DNA of 58,212 bases, filler included, from Sluysia triapertura (lineage: Eukaryota), in the NCBI GenBank assembly GCA_046118255.1. It is 4 parts of 4 records of this genome, joined end to end, with 100 filler letters (N's around TTAATTAATTAA, not from the genome) between each part and the next. Parts side by side here need not be neighbours in the genome. Positions count along the whole stretch, not along the records: positions 12,626 to 26,295 come from JBJNIA010014644.1; positions 26,396 to 40,984 come from JBJNIA010254302.1; 2 more parts are not named here. One strand, 5' to 3'. The notes under the pieces are model-generated. The model was not told the DNA's origin. It saw only the letters and a list, made by a program, of their open reading frames with translations, and ran no database searches. Below are positions 13,970 to 27,132 of this stretch, piece after piece. How positions within the stretch are numbered: the stretch's first letter is position 1; every line of letters starts with the position of its first letter. The position numbers and the translations under genes are program-made.

Positions 13970-14500
13970 TGAAAATACAGTAGATGAGAAGACGCCATAT
14001 CAATCATCACCATGTTTAGGTTGTGGCAGCACGAAATTATTTCCTAATTCTCCGACTTAATCAAATAATGACTACACCTCTCCATTTCGTCAATAATTAT
14101 CTCAAGATGAAGGTACTAAAAATGGTGATAATGTTATGAAACATGTTTATTCTAGATATAGTTCAGATACGATTCCGAGTACATTTGTTACTAATGGTAA
14201 CTTTGATTTTAATAAGACTGGATTAAAAACACGTGTCGAAGAATGAATATTAGATGAATCAGTAAATTTGTACAACTGTTGGAGCAAAAAGAAGTAACAC
14301 AGAAGCGCTTCCGAATTTCAATATGTGTTCTTCAAGTTAGTTAGATTAACATTTCTGCTTGCTTTTGTTTGGGTCATTGAGAGTTTTTCCAAGCCGTTAG
14401 TAAAATTCATCCAAACAACAACAATAACATCAACAACAGTGTCCACAGAAACACGAACTGAAATTACAATATGTGCAGGGGTAATTTCAAATTACTAAAA
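13970..14500 (+). pseudogene. Decayed protein-coding-like frame, unidentified
   Basis: One frame reads ~170 codons with four internal stops (…PYQSSPCLGCGSTKLFPNSPT*…VFFKLVRLTFLLAFVWVIESFSKP…), with GC above background and a hydrophobic segment. Confidence 0.3.
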
Positions 14501-16619
14501 ATAGATAATGAACTTTCAATTTCACTGAATATGCATATTCTATTGCAGAATTACGCGAGTGTAAGTCTGAATAAACAAATTAATCCTTCATAATAATAAC
14601 AATAATGACAATGATAATGATAATACTAATAATAATAAATAAGCCAATAATGAAGCCAATATTATGAAGCCAATGTATTAGAAATTAATATTAAAATGAA
14701 AGTACAAAATTGAGAAAATAGCATAATAAAAATAATTATGTAACAATAATGTTGTAATTTTTGAATGCATCCATCCTCGACCTCCCTAACTCCTTAAATT
14801 CAATGTATCCAATAAGAATTAGCAGCAATTACATCTGCTACATTCCGGATCCATTATTGTTGGTCCACATTCAGCTGTAGTGGCAGCCCTCTTAGATAAC
14901 TATCAATAAACATTATATTTATATATTTATTAATAAGTAATTACTCAGAAACAGTTATAATATTTCCCATTTTATTAGAACATCAATGCCAGCCCATTAC
15001 TAATCATTATTATTGTCATTTTGTCAATGTATAAATCAGAAACTTAGTCCGACTTACGAATTCAATAAGTACAAGCTGGACATAATGATCAGATTATCAA
15101 TATTATCACTGCGAGGCACACGTAGCTAGATAAGTAATATCAGATATACCCTTACTGTACCATCCTCTAGATGCATTTCCATTACAAATAGAGATTGACG
15201 AGTTAGTGAGTCGATAAAATGATACAAGTGTTAATACTAAAGTTTAACAAGAAAAAACTGAAGGACAATTTATTATTAAAGTGAATAATATATTTCAGAA
15301 GGAAATATTTACAGTTGCCTCATAAAAAGAGCAGCTGTCTGTCGGAAAGTGTGGTCTCAGTTCACTTACCAGAAGGAAGACTGCATCTTTCTCATAATTA
15401 TTCATCTCATTGTAAATATTTCAATCGAGAGTGCCCAATAAATTGATCAGGAAGTGAATGAATTATGAGAATAACTAAGAACAATACAACGACGAAGTGT
15501 AATATCTAGTCGCCCTTGAAAATAATCAAATTAGGCAATGAAAGAACAGGAGAATCGAGAATGTCAATAAATTGAGAAGTACATCAACGAAACATGGACT
15601 TATTTGATAAAGTTGCGATTTAAAAATAATTTGAATCAATAATTCGAGTTTTTATTCGTTGTTCATCAACCAATCAATTATCATTTTACATATTTCGAGT
15701 TTGCTTCTAATGTCAGCAATCCTTTATGGCAGTACTGATCGATTCAGTAGTAAGAATCAATTACTGTAACTTCATTTTATCTTCTGCTCTTCGTAAAAAT
15801 ACTGACTTGCTGTGGCTCTCTTAAATCTAAACCTAAGGTAAAATCAAAAATTGAGCAGTCTGGTTACACTAAACGTCTTACAAGGTATAGTTGGCGTTCC
15901 TATATTTATTCGTCTAATACGTTTCTAATTTAGTGACTGCGAAGAGGGTCTTACATAATTTTATCTTATACAACACGGTAAAAAATTTAACCAACAATGA
16001 GTGTATTAAAAATTAATTAAATGCAATAACTGAAATTATTCAAAACTCAAAAGAAAACAAAAATCGAACAGTTATTTGTGATTAAAATCTTACTGGGATC
16101 TTTAATCATTTATCTTCAAATTTTGAGTTGGAATTGTCCGCTAAATATCGCGGTTCTTACAATAAAATAATAAGATCGAGATTTGAAGACTATTTTAAAA
16201 TTCAGATTATTAAAATCAAAATTCCTTACAATAAAAAGATGGAAAAACGGGAACGAATTGCTAAATACCGATTGGATTGACTAAAAACTCTGAACAAAGC
16301 GAATTGTAAAATTATAAGATGGCTACTGCGAATGAAAAATGAATTGTAAATTGACCAATGATTTCTTTATTATTAGCCAATCATAGGTGAGGAGAATTCT
16401 AAAATGTATTTTTAAACTGATTTTAAAGACTTATAAATAATTTTAGATCATTTCAAATGATTATAGAGGGTCATGATGACCACCTAACAGACTTATTATT
16501 TGTATTAATAACCAAAAGACTATCACCACACTTAACGACGTCATCGACTATAACTAAGCACATTCTATATCCTATATCAGAGGAATATGTCGAGATCGAC
16601 CAAGAATATTTATAGACTG

Positions 16620-17000
16620 AGTTTTTTCTGCGTTATCCACATAGTTCGTAGCAGTTCTGTGGAGAATAAGAGTGTTCCGTATGACAACATATGCAATGCT
16701 TGATTAAATAATGCTGTATCTTTCCGGAATTAAGTCCACAATTACTTATTGAACTATTCTGAATTGTGCATGTTTCTGTAGCAGTCCATTTCCATTTCGT
16801 GTTTGTGTATTCTATGATGTTTCTTTATATCTTTGAATAATCCAGATTAACGAGCCCATCAGTGCACGCCAGTACTGGTTCTCACTCTGGAACGTCACAT
16901 ATAAATATTGCACGAACTCGATAATGTGTTTTATTGGTGAAACAGTTAATGTTAGAGATTGTTTTAGAACAAAACATTATTTGGATTATTATTATTTACT
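16620..17000 (+). mobile_element. Penelope-like retroelement relic (GIY-YIG endonuclease)
   Basis: ~16892-16980 reads NVTYKYCTNSIMCFIGETVNVRDCFRTKH, matching the PLE pattern NVVY...C..C...YIGET...L..R..EH. Confidence 0.5.
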
Positions 17001-17339
17001 GTTTCGACAAACCAATGACCATCTTAATCAATCTCATTCTTGTTGCTCCAGTGACACAATGTGATTCATCGAGGGAGGGAACCACTGCAATCTACCACCA
17101 CTCATTTAGATGACATTTCTGGATTATTATTTCACTTTCTTCTCTCTCGTTTCCGTAGAATGTTTCTTGTTCATTGTTTTCTCATTAATAATTACATTGT
17201 CGACTTCCTTCTTACATAAACTTATCTTAGCATTGCTTATATTGCAATTCGAACTAACGTTTCCTACACTTTGGTTTCTGTGGGCGATTCAAATTGCTTG
17301 ATAAAAGATTTGCAGCACACCGTATTATGTATTGTTAAT

Positions 17340-17407
<68 letters not shown>

Positions 17408-17912
17408 TTACTTTTTTACATTGTTTACTTTCCATTTTGTTTATGATTTTATTTCCTATGTCATCAAAAGAGAAATGAGATTTAATTTAGTTTGTCATCG
17501 TTTATTAATCGATGAAATAACTTATTTTGAAAGATTTTTCCACTAAACTAATCCAAACTGTACCGTAAAAATATGAGCAGTTCTTTTGGAAACTGTTCTA
17601 CAAAATGTCTTCTAAAATTATTCGCTGCACTTTGTGCATCACAATATTAATACATCAGTGAAATATCACAGAAGCACAACATGCAAATAGAGGCTTGTAT
17701 CTTTTTCTATCTTCTTCAGGAGTCTCTTGTGCTTCCACATTTCATTTTGATTATCATTTTTTAATACATTAGTTGGCTATTCGTTTGAAACGAAGATCTA
17801 CATAATTTGAAATACTTCTATGAAGTATTAAGAGATAATTTAGAGAGGAAATTAATTATACTATTACTTCTATTTTACTTAAATAGTATGTTCACGTTTA
17901 ACAATAATTTTA

Positions 17913-17976
<64 letters not shown>

Positions 17977-18035
17977 ATTTATTGTATTATCAATAAAGGT
18001 TTTGAGTCATTATATCGTCACGATTTTAGCTTAAT

Positions 18036-18184
18036 NNNNNNNNNNNNNNNNNNNNNNNNNNNNNNNNNNNNNNNNNNNNNNNNNNNNNNNNNNNNNNNNN
18101 NNNNNNNNNNNNNNNNNNNNNNNNNNNNNNNNNNNNNNNNNNNNNNNNNNNNNNNNNNNNNNNNNNNNNNNNNNNNNNNNNNNN
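18036..18184. other. Assembly gap (N run)
   Basis: Run of N. Confidence 0.99.
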
Positions 18185-18340
18185 CCTTGAAAAATAATCT
18201 CCACTCTGTTTATGTTTGAGGCTGTCTTTGTTCTCGAAATTACCTCATCAATTATCTGTTCAATTATCCACGTCGTCAATTAAGACTGATTAAAGTATTA
18301 ATAATTGTTTTCATCGAAGTCACTTATAATATTATTACAG
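18185..18340 (-). mobile_element. Possible Penelope-like RT-thumb region relic
   Basis: Broken frames SDFDEN..NTLISLN / TTWIIEQIIDEVISR resemble the PLE F..E...I...L..N.YP.W.I motif. Confidence 0.3.
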
Positions 18341-19633
18341 AGGATCAAAAAATACTACTCCATGTTGCTTCTCCTGTCACCAAGGCAACACAGCTATTTG
18401 AAAAATCCGCACTCGACAGTGAAATAATGTGGAAATCCACAACAATATGGGATCCATTTCAAATTATAACAAATTATAACATAACAATAATGATAGTGTC
18501 ATCAAATTGTTATTTTTAGTAACAAATGATCAAATTCTGAGTAGAATAGCAAAATCAGCAGAATTAAAGTAAAAACGAAATATTCTTTGTGTCATCACGT
18601 ACGAAAATGAAAACGGTCTGCAGAAATAACGGCTTCATTAGTAAGATCTATTACTACTTACTTTTCTGGCCGAGTCGGGGCGACGCTCATTAATATATTT
18701 TCAATTTATCAAGGTGGAGTTTTCTTCCACGATATTTGATTTCCCTCGAGAAATGTCAGTCTGTAATATTTACTTTAATATTAGTAAATAATAATTAATA
18801 ATTGGATCCATAACTGAGAGCCCTGTCAATACTATGTTGCGGCTAAACGTGTGCATTAAAATGTGATGTGTGCATGCGTGCGTGCGTGTACAGTAACGTT
18901 TCAGAAATTATGATATCCGGTCTTGAAAATGACAGTAGCTTCTTCTTCAAGTAGATACTCGCACAAACAGGTTCTTACGGGTTCCACTAATCAATGTATT
19001 CTACACCAATATGTTTTATTAAAGTCGAATACGGTCGAAGGTGCGTTATGTTCATTTTCAAATGCGTCTTTATTTTCAAAAGTTGTCTTTATTACAAGAC
19101 TCTAAATTGAGAATGCAACAACAATACAGAAATACAAACAATTTCAATTTCCTGTCGAAATATTTATATTTATTTTATTTGTACTATTGAGGTGATACAC
19201 ACGCGACTTTAACTGCTGACACAGCATTTTCTGTTGAAACACTTCCTAAGATACAAAACCTTCTTTAGTAATTTTAATTTTTAGACCAGTAACACAATTT
19301 AGTAAGTGAAAATGAAAATGTAAAACCATATTTTATCACTTTATAAATCTTAAAACCGCAAATAAAAATTTTTTAAAATTACCAAACTTTTCGATAAATT
19401 TAAATATTTATATTTAAATTAAAAAATCACTGCAATTCGTACTTAGTTGTGTTACTCAGTAACTAATTGTGTGTGTGATGTGTGTGTATGTTGTGTACAT
19501 GTCAGTGTGTTCCACATTTGAAGGACAATATCAATACTTGTTACAGTAAACGAATAAAGCACACCGACATATTGAACCTCAAATTAGTAACGATTAATCG
19601 TCTTGCTCCAAATTATGGACAGCGTTATTCATA

Positions 19634-19701
<68 letters not shown>

Positions 19702-19731
19702 AATGTACTTTTATTGAAAACACCACATTAC

Positions 19732-19812
19732 ACTCGCTGACAAAGTTATACAATCGATTATCTCGGTACTCGCTGACAAAGTTATACAATCGATTATCTC
19801 GGTACTCGCTGA
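19732..19812. repeat. 36-bp tandem repeat, ~2.25 copies
   Basis: ACTCGCTGACAAAGTTATACAATCGATTATCTCGGT twice, plus ACTCGCTGA. Confidence 0.95.
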
Positions 19813-22269
19813 GTTATTTGGTATTGTGAATTTTATTTTGAACTACCTTTCATTAAGCATGACTAAGTTCGTGTCGTTATCTCTTTTAACAATGCATGTA
19901 TTATATTCTAAAAATAGAAAGTTCATACAATAAATGACGACTTTGTTCAATCACGTTATTAACAGAAACATTAATGAAATATTTCGAATTAGAATTATTC
20001 TGCTCTAATAAAAACTAATAACGTTTTCCAATAATATTCTTGAAATTGCTGTACTCAAACCTTTCCATAAATTATCAAATACATTAATTGTTAAAATAAA
20101 TAAGTAATCAAGTAAAAGAGATTACTCGGTTCATAAGTGACGCCACTTGCTACTTGCAGATGTACATCGAAAAACCAGAAAATCATAACAATATAAATAA
20201 AGTATAAATAATGCTTCTTGTTCAAAATATAACAAAATATAATAATTCCAGAATTTTAGACCAAATCTTATTTAACATGGAACATATCAATATTAAAATT
20301 TAATTGTTTTAATTTATCACTTTAGAATATTCAAGGTTATTTCACAATGAATCATGCAATGAGCACCAACTTCAAGTGATACAACATCGATATAAACATT
20401 TTATTGATATATTAAGCGAATAATATCCTCGGAGGCATGCGTAAAACTAGAAATCAAATGAAATAAAAAATACAATTTAGCAAATTTCCAAATAAATTCT
20501 GTAAAAGTGTAAAAATTGTTTAATATGAATTGAATATACTTGACTGGATAATTTTAAAATAGCTCGAGAATGTGAAATTGCAATGTTCAAAAAATTTGAC
20601 TTTGGAAATTTATTGAACATTTTGGCGATTCATTCAAATATTGATACAGTTAATTCAACAAATTCGTGTTTAGAATATGCTGAGTGGACTAAGATTTGAA
20701 GAGATAATTTGATAATTATAAGAAATTGTTATAGTTGTGATTAAATAATACCTAATAAGAGAGTTTCCAAATAATTTTAATGAATTTTGTATTATTTAAA
20801 AATTACCTTTGGTCCTTTAATGTTATAAATTTTTCAATTAGTAATTGTTATAAATAATAATAAATTAATTTATATCACGCTCATATCTACTACAAAGTAA
20901 GTACTCAAAAGAGCTTAAAATAAATCATTCATTGTAATATTTCTGAAATAGAAACAACTTTGTCTTTTTCTTAAATATTTCATAATCTTCCAGTAATTTG
21001 ACATTCGCTGGTATTACTGGTTGTATATTTTGAAACATGAATGGTATACAACCTATCATCTAGCTCTTATTATCACTGTGGATTCTGTATGGATTATTAT
21101 TATGTCCCAATGAAATATTCATCTTGGTTTCCAAATTTTTTATTATTTCTAAGACATAATCAAATTAGAATATACTTTTATTTTTCAACTAAACGGAAAT
21201 TTCCAGTCAGAGTTTGCAAAAGAAAGTACTCCCATTTGTATTCGATATTGTAAAAATTAAGTTCGAATTTAATTAAAACAGAAAAAACAATAGAAAATAA
21301 AAATGCATAATGCAATTTATTTATACTAATGCAATAAATAAATTAATGCAATAAATGAACTAATACAATTTATAATGCAATAACAATATTTAAAGTATTA
21401 ATTTTTCTATTACATCGATACTGAAATACGTCAGCAGATTTCTGTGGAACAAACTAACAATTGAAAGAGTTTAAATATTATTCCAGATTCGTTATGCAAA
21501 TCGAACATTGCTACCGATATTAGTCTTTGTTAATCTCTGTCAGAGCTTATCACAATAAAGTCGTGCAAGTAGTAGATTCCTAGATAATTCCCAGTAGAGT
21601 ACCGCGGTGCTGGGACAACACTCCCTGAAAAGGTGGTTGCGAAAGCCCTGTTATTACAATAATGAAAGTCACGTTAAATATTTGGGACCCTTGAGAAAAT
21701 ATTATCAGTTAAATATTAATAAACTGATTCTTGTTGGATTTCTTCCACGTTATGTCAAATAAAAGTTGTTATAATAATATTTCAATTAAAGCCAGAAATG
21801 GGCTACAAAAACTATAAATAAATAATCGGTTGCTGAATACATTGTTTCACACGATGTGAATCGATTGAATTTACTCGAAAAAAGATGTGCAATTTCAGAA
21901 GGCGAAGAAAGAATACTTATTCTGAATTTAATTGCCAAAGGAAAGACAACATATTTAATATAAACTACCTGTTCAGAAATGAATGTGTACTTCGATAAAA
22001 ACACGTTACAAAAGCAGCAGCAGCAGTAGTAATAGTAGAATAAAGACACTGACAATTGCAGCCCACGTTACATTATTCATTGTTATAAGACACACAAACA
22101 CACACTCTTAACATTACAGGTGTACTACTACTACAGGTGCACCACGGTAATTGATGCATTAATTATCCTACAATGCGATATCGCGATTGATTATCGAAAG
22201 AGCACTTTCAACGAATGTGTGTTAATCCAAATAAGCATATTTGTGCGCTATCATTTGGTGAAATCTGAT

Positions 22270-22460
22270 TATAATGATAACAATAATAACAATAATAATA
22301 TTAATAGTTATAATAACAATAGTAATACTAATAATAACAATAATAATAGTAATAATAATATTAATAGTAATAATGACAATAATAATTATAGTAATAATGA
22401 CAATAATAATTATAGTAATAATAACTAACAATAGTAATAATAGCAATAATAATAATAGTG
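22270..22460. repeat. Compound degenerate AAT/AAC/AGT trinucleotide minisatellite
   Basis: Seen directly; includes a repeated AATGACAATAATAATTATAGT core. Source of spurious poly-N and poly-I ORFs. Confidence 0.9.
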
Positions 22461-22638
22461 TTAGATTAGTAATTATAGGTGTTTATGAGTTTATAAAGTT
22501 TATAACTTGGCTTTGACTTAGCTCTTTTTACCTATATTATTTTCTAACACTTGTATTAACTTCTGGAGGTTACTGTTCACTCGTCTCTGGTGTAAGAGAT
22601 GGGAGTGTTGAGAAGCAATTACATTGCGTGGACTTTAT

Positions 22639-23382
22639 TTAAAATTCAATATAGGCACCATCATTCTCCACCAGTTTCTTAAGTCGACCAGGAATTGCAT
22701 CAATTGATTTCACAAGAAACTCCTGCTGGATGAAAGCCATAACTTCACGTATTCATCATTCCAGAGAATAGTTTTAAAGAGACCAGGTCTACATTACCTC
22801 TCTAAATTCCTTACGAATGTCGCAGTCTTCGGCGGAAAGTGCTTTACAGTAGTGCGGCTTCCAAGCACACCATCCAAGCTCATTTTTTTGCACTATACGT
22901 ATGCAGTAAAAGGAGAGCCCACTTTCCCGTGTTGCTTGTCGAATTGACTTCTGTGGGTTACGGGTGAACATTTCTTGAACAACTTGCACTAACTCAGGGT
23001 TTCTGGACTTTGAAGGGCGACCACTTCTTCAGCCACACATCTGTGGTCATGACTTTTTAATGATAATTCTTGATCGTATTTTGGGTCAATGTGAGCATGT
23101 TTTTCTTAATGATTCTGCACCATCTTTGCACTTGAACAATGGATCTCCAAACTTCGTAATGTGTAGCCAATTGGGGCACGTTCCTGGGGTGTAAGACGTC
23201 CAACTATTTTTATAGGGTTTTGAAATTTCAAAAAAATTAATTAAATCAAATTCACAAAATGAGAGCATAGATTAAATTGCCATACATTAAGTAAGGTGTA
23301 CACAAAAGTTGAGAAACATATTACGGCATTTGAATTATATTGTAGGTATTTTAAAATGGGGAGTTACTTTTCAATGACCCTG
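22639..23382 (-). mobile_element. Internally deleted Tc1/mariner transposon (Tc3/maT-like HTH)
   Basis: Minus strand: terminus CAGGGTCATTGAAAAGTAACTCCC at 23382; VQEMFTRNPQKSIRQATRESGLS...WKPHYCKALSAEDCDIRKEF; C-terminus IDAIPGRLKKLVENDGAYIEF* (stop 22639-22641). DDD/E core missing. Confidence 0.8.
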
Positions 23383-26295
23383 CATGTTATAATATATAAT
23401 ATAATATAGTACAAAATGATGCAAGGTAATGAAATATTATTATACTACTTATAAACGGCTATCAATGTGGCAACAATTAAAAATACGTCACATTCATCAT
23501 TGGCAGCAGTATTAAATGGACGAGAAATATAATATATCAAATATGACAATAGAAAAGGTATAGAAAAATATTAAATATTGTTGTAGTATTGTTTCAAATT
23601 GTATTTTCTGAAGTTGGTGATAAATAGGACCTGGATATTATCAGCAAAGAGTCAGGTGACCAAGGGAATGTTAAGTGTAAGAAAATATTAAATATCTAGG
23701 AAGACAGTAGATGTTAGATGTTGGATGTTCGTGAAGCAATTTTTACATAACTTGAAAAACTTGCAAAAAGAATGTTCCTGTATAAATCACGATATGAACA
23801 TGTACTTCTTAAAGTATCTGCAGGATAAGTTACATGATCATTGACTTCTTTGTGATTAATTGGAAACTGAACGAGAATATTAATTGGAATCACTGTTATG
23901 ACTTGTCTTAAGATCGTATTCTAAATAATATTTATTCGTCTTTTTTACCTTTATATAGATAAGTTCGGATAAAATATAATTTAAAATAGAATAGTTTAAG
24001 AATGGCTATGCTACATTTGAACCTTAATACCGGATGATCGAACACGTTGGGAATTTATTTCACTTCATATATCCAATTTCAATTGTTCCATAAATAATCT
24101 TATCTTTTAACTGAAAGCGATTTTCTGAATAATACAAAGAATAATGATGACAAATAGAATTCCCATAATTTTGCATAAAGAGTTATGTAAAAATTAAATA
24201 GAGAAAAATATTCACGAAAATGTTGTCTTGATTCAATATTCAAAAATTCGAAACTTCATTAAAAAAGCTTAGAACTAATCGTCTAACATTTTATGATGAA
24301 TCTGATACTACGATTTCTGAAAGTTCTACTATATTTTTAACTATAATTTCTTGATTCAGGAGTGCACTTCAGACCTAGTCCATATTTTACCAGGTAATTG
24401 TAAATGAATAAAAACAAAAGGCAGTCTTCGATTTGTGACTGTACACGAATTAGAATATAAGGTCTCAGTTGACTTCTAGAATTTGACAATGAATGTGACA
24501 ATGGCACATGTATGATGCGTATGCGATAAACTCATTTTCATAGTTTCAGGAATTAAAATTTTCTAAACCTAATTTAATGTTTCATAAACAGTTCTGCGAA
24601 TGTTATGAAATTTTGATATTGTATAAAAATTTGAATTAAATCTTAATTTTAAAGCTTGCTTGAATCAGCATTAAAAATGGAATCTTCAGACAACGTGCAA
24701 GTTATTCGTCAGATTCAAGCATATGCATTCACTATCAATCAGTTATCAAATACAGAGAGACGATGACATTCTACTATGAATGAAGGACCATCAGTTACAA
24801 TTGTTATTTTATTTAAGATGATACTGGATCATTTTTTCATGTAGAAATTATTTAAATATAAGTTCTTTTCATCCCTCAAGATATTCCAAATGACTGTATC
24901 GTTTCTGTGCATAATACAAATCTTCAAATTTCGAAATATCTTTTGGCAATTTCTGTCGACAAAGAAATTCTTCCATAAAACTTCGACTATTTGTATCATT
25001 TTTAAATTGAGGAACAATAAAAATAAAGAATGACTATCAAAAGTGAAAAAATATTGGAAACAATACGGATAAGATAATACAACATTAATAAGAAAAATAG
25101 CAATAACAAAAAGGAAGGAAAACATAACTACATTTTAGATGACGATGATGATTATGATAATAATAATGTCAAACTATACAAAGTCAAAGTGTTTATGTCA
25201 TCAAATTATAATTAAATATAATTAAAAGTATGTCACATCAATAAAGAATTTAAAGATTTAATTACGTAAATTATTTAAGTAAAGAATTTAAAGATTTTAA
25301 TGTGAATTATTTTAATTTAAATAATCATAATTGTGTATACCATGTTTGCAAATCAATTAGTTTATAAACTGATAATAATTAAAATATTTTGTTTAAACTG
25401 CATGTCTAAGTCCATTGCATTACAGAATATAAAAGCACTAGTTATATCTATCTCAAGCACAATTAACCTTCAAATTATTGTTACCGATCTCTTCTACAAT
25501 TAGTAATTAGTAACTCTACCGTCACAAATTTTTTACAGTTCCTACGATTTCAAAAGTAACTATTAATGGGCTTCTTCGAATAGTGAAATGACTGCAATAA
25601 TTTTTTGAACTCCAATTTTGGAAATAATAATTTATTTATCGTTAGTTTATCTTAACAAGTTGAACCTATTTTAATATAGGTAGAAAACTTAACGTAAAAT
25701 TTATTTCATAATTTTAAATTGGTCTTGTAAATTAAAATATTGATTAAAATTAAAATCAATCATTTAATTATTGATTATTCATTAATCAAGTAAAATTTTA
25801 TTCTCTGATTATGCTCATTTACAATTTTTATATATTTGTATTGTTAAATTGTTTTGTCATTAATATAGTTTGAATTATTAGGATTGATAAAGAATTGCAA
25901 TAGGTTATACCGTGTAATTATGCAGTTGTAAAATCTTACTTAAACTATTATCATTGGATTTAATTTGATAAGGAATATCGTTTTTAAATACATTGTACAA
26001 TAATTCATTTGCTTTATCTATAATGGTTTCAAGAGTTATTTGTGATAAAATCCACATTACAATTAGTTATACTGGAATGGTTGTAAAACTTGTTAAAGAC
26101 CATTTTCAAAATTTAAATTGCGTGAACATTATCCTGACATACAATTTATACAATTTAGAGAGGATTATAATGCAAGTGAGATTGATTCTCTTCGAATAAA
26201 ATTAGATTTAATTTTATGTGATGAAATACTTCGTGGTCTAAACCAGTTTTAGTTATAACTTTTAATTATGAAAAAAGAAATTAAAATTTTAACAG

Positions 26296-26395
26296 NNNNN
26301 NNNNNNNNNNNNNNNNNNNNNNNNNNNNNNNNNNNNNNNTTAATTAATTAANNNNNNNNNNNNNNNNNNNNNNNNNNNNNNNNNNNNNNNNNNNN
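26296..26395. other. Artificial contig linker N44-TTAATTAATTAA-N44
   Basis: Same spacer as at 12526. Confidence 0.97.
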
Positions 26396-26452
<57 letters not shown>

Positions 26453-27132
26453 GGTAATTTAGGTCTAGGACCTGATATAAGTAATAAACTTCTAGCAATA
26501 ATGAGACGATTTTATTTATGCAAGCATTCGCTTTAATATAAATTCTTCAAATGGATCAATGACCTCTTTACAATGAAACACAGTAAGGACAAAAAACTAA
26601 TAAACTTTTGCGGGGATTCTAAACCTCAATTCATCCTATCAAATACAATAACGTCTTTTCAACATTCTCACAAAACTATTAATTCACATTCAATCTTTCA
26701 CTGTTTCATCTTCATCTTTACAGGTTTACATTCTCATACACTTCCACACTTTCAATAACCTTCTCTACATTAAAAACTTTAAAGTTCAATCAATTATTAT
26801 AGTTTAGTCTTTTTAATATTACAGATTTTTAATATTAATATTACATTCAGGTTTTAAATCTAAAAATTTGTTCTTGCATCTTTTATATTTCTGTGTCTAA
26901 TGAGTTTTGAGTTTCATTATGTGTATTTAAGGTTGTTTTCAGAATTTTGCTATCAGAAAGTGCGTTATGTGTAATATTGTTTAAGAAACGATGCTATAAC
27001 ACACCATACACTATTACAAACTGAATGAGATACATCATTTTAAAGTGAACTAGAAAATCGAATTCTTAGACAATATAAAAATACCTGTTGAGTTATTTTT
27101 GTAAATGATATTTTATATTTACATAATTACAG

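Noticed and set aside
14760-14910. CXXC-like zinc finger on the minus strand (ECGPTIMDPECSRCNCC*)
   Set aside because: Cys spacing does not fit and the frame is broken by stops.
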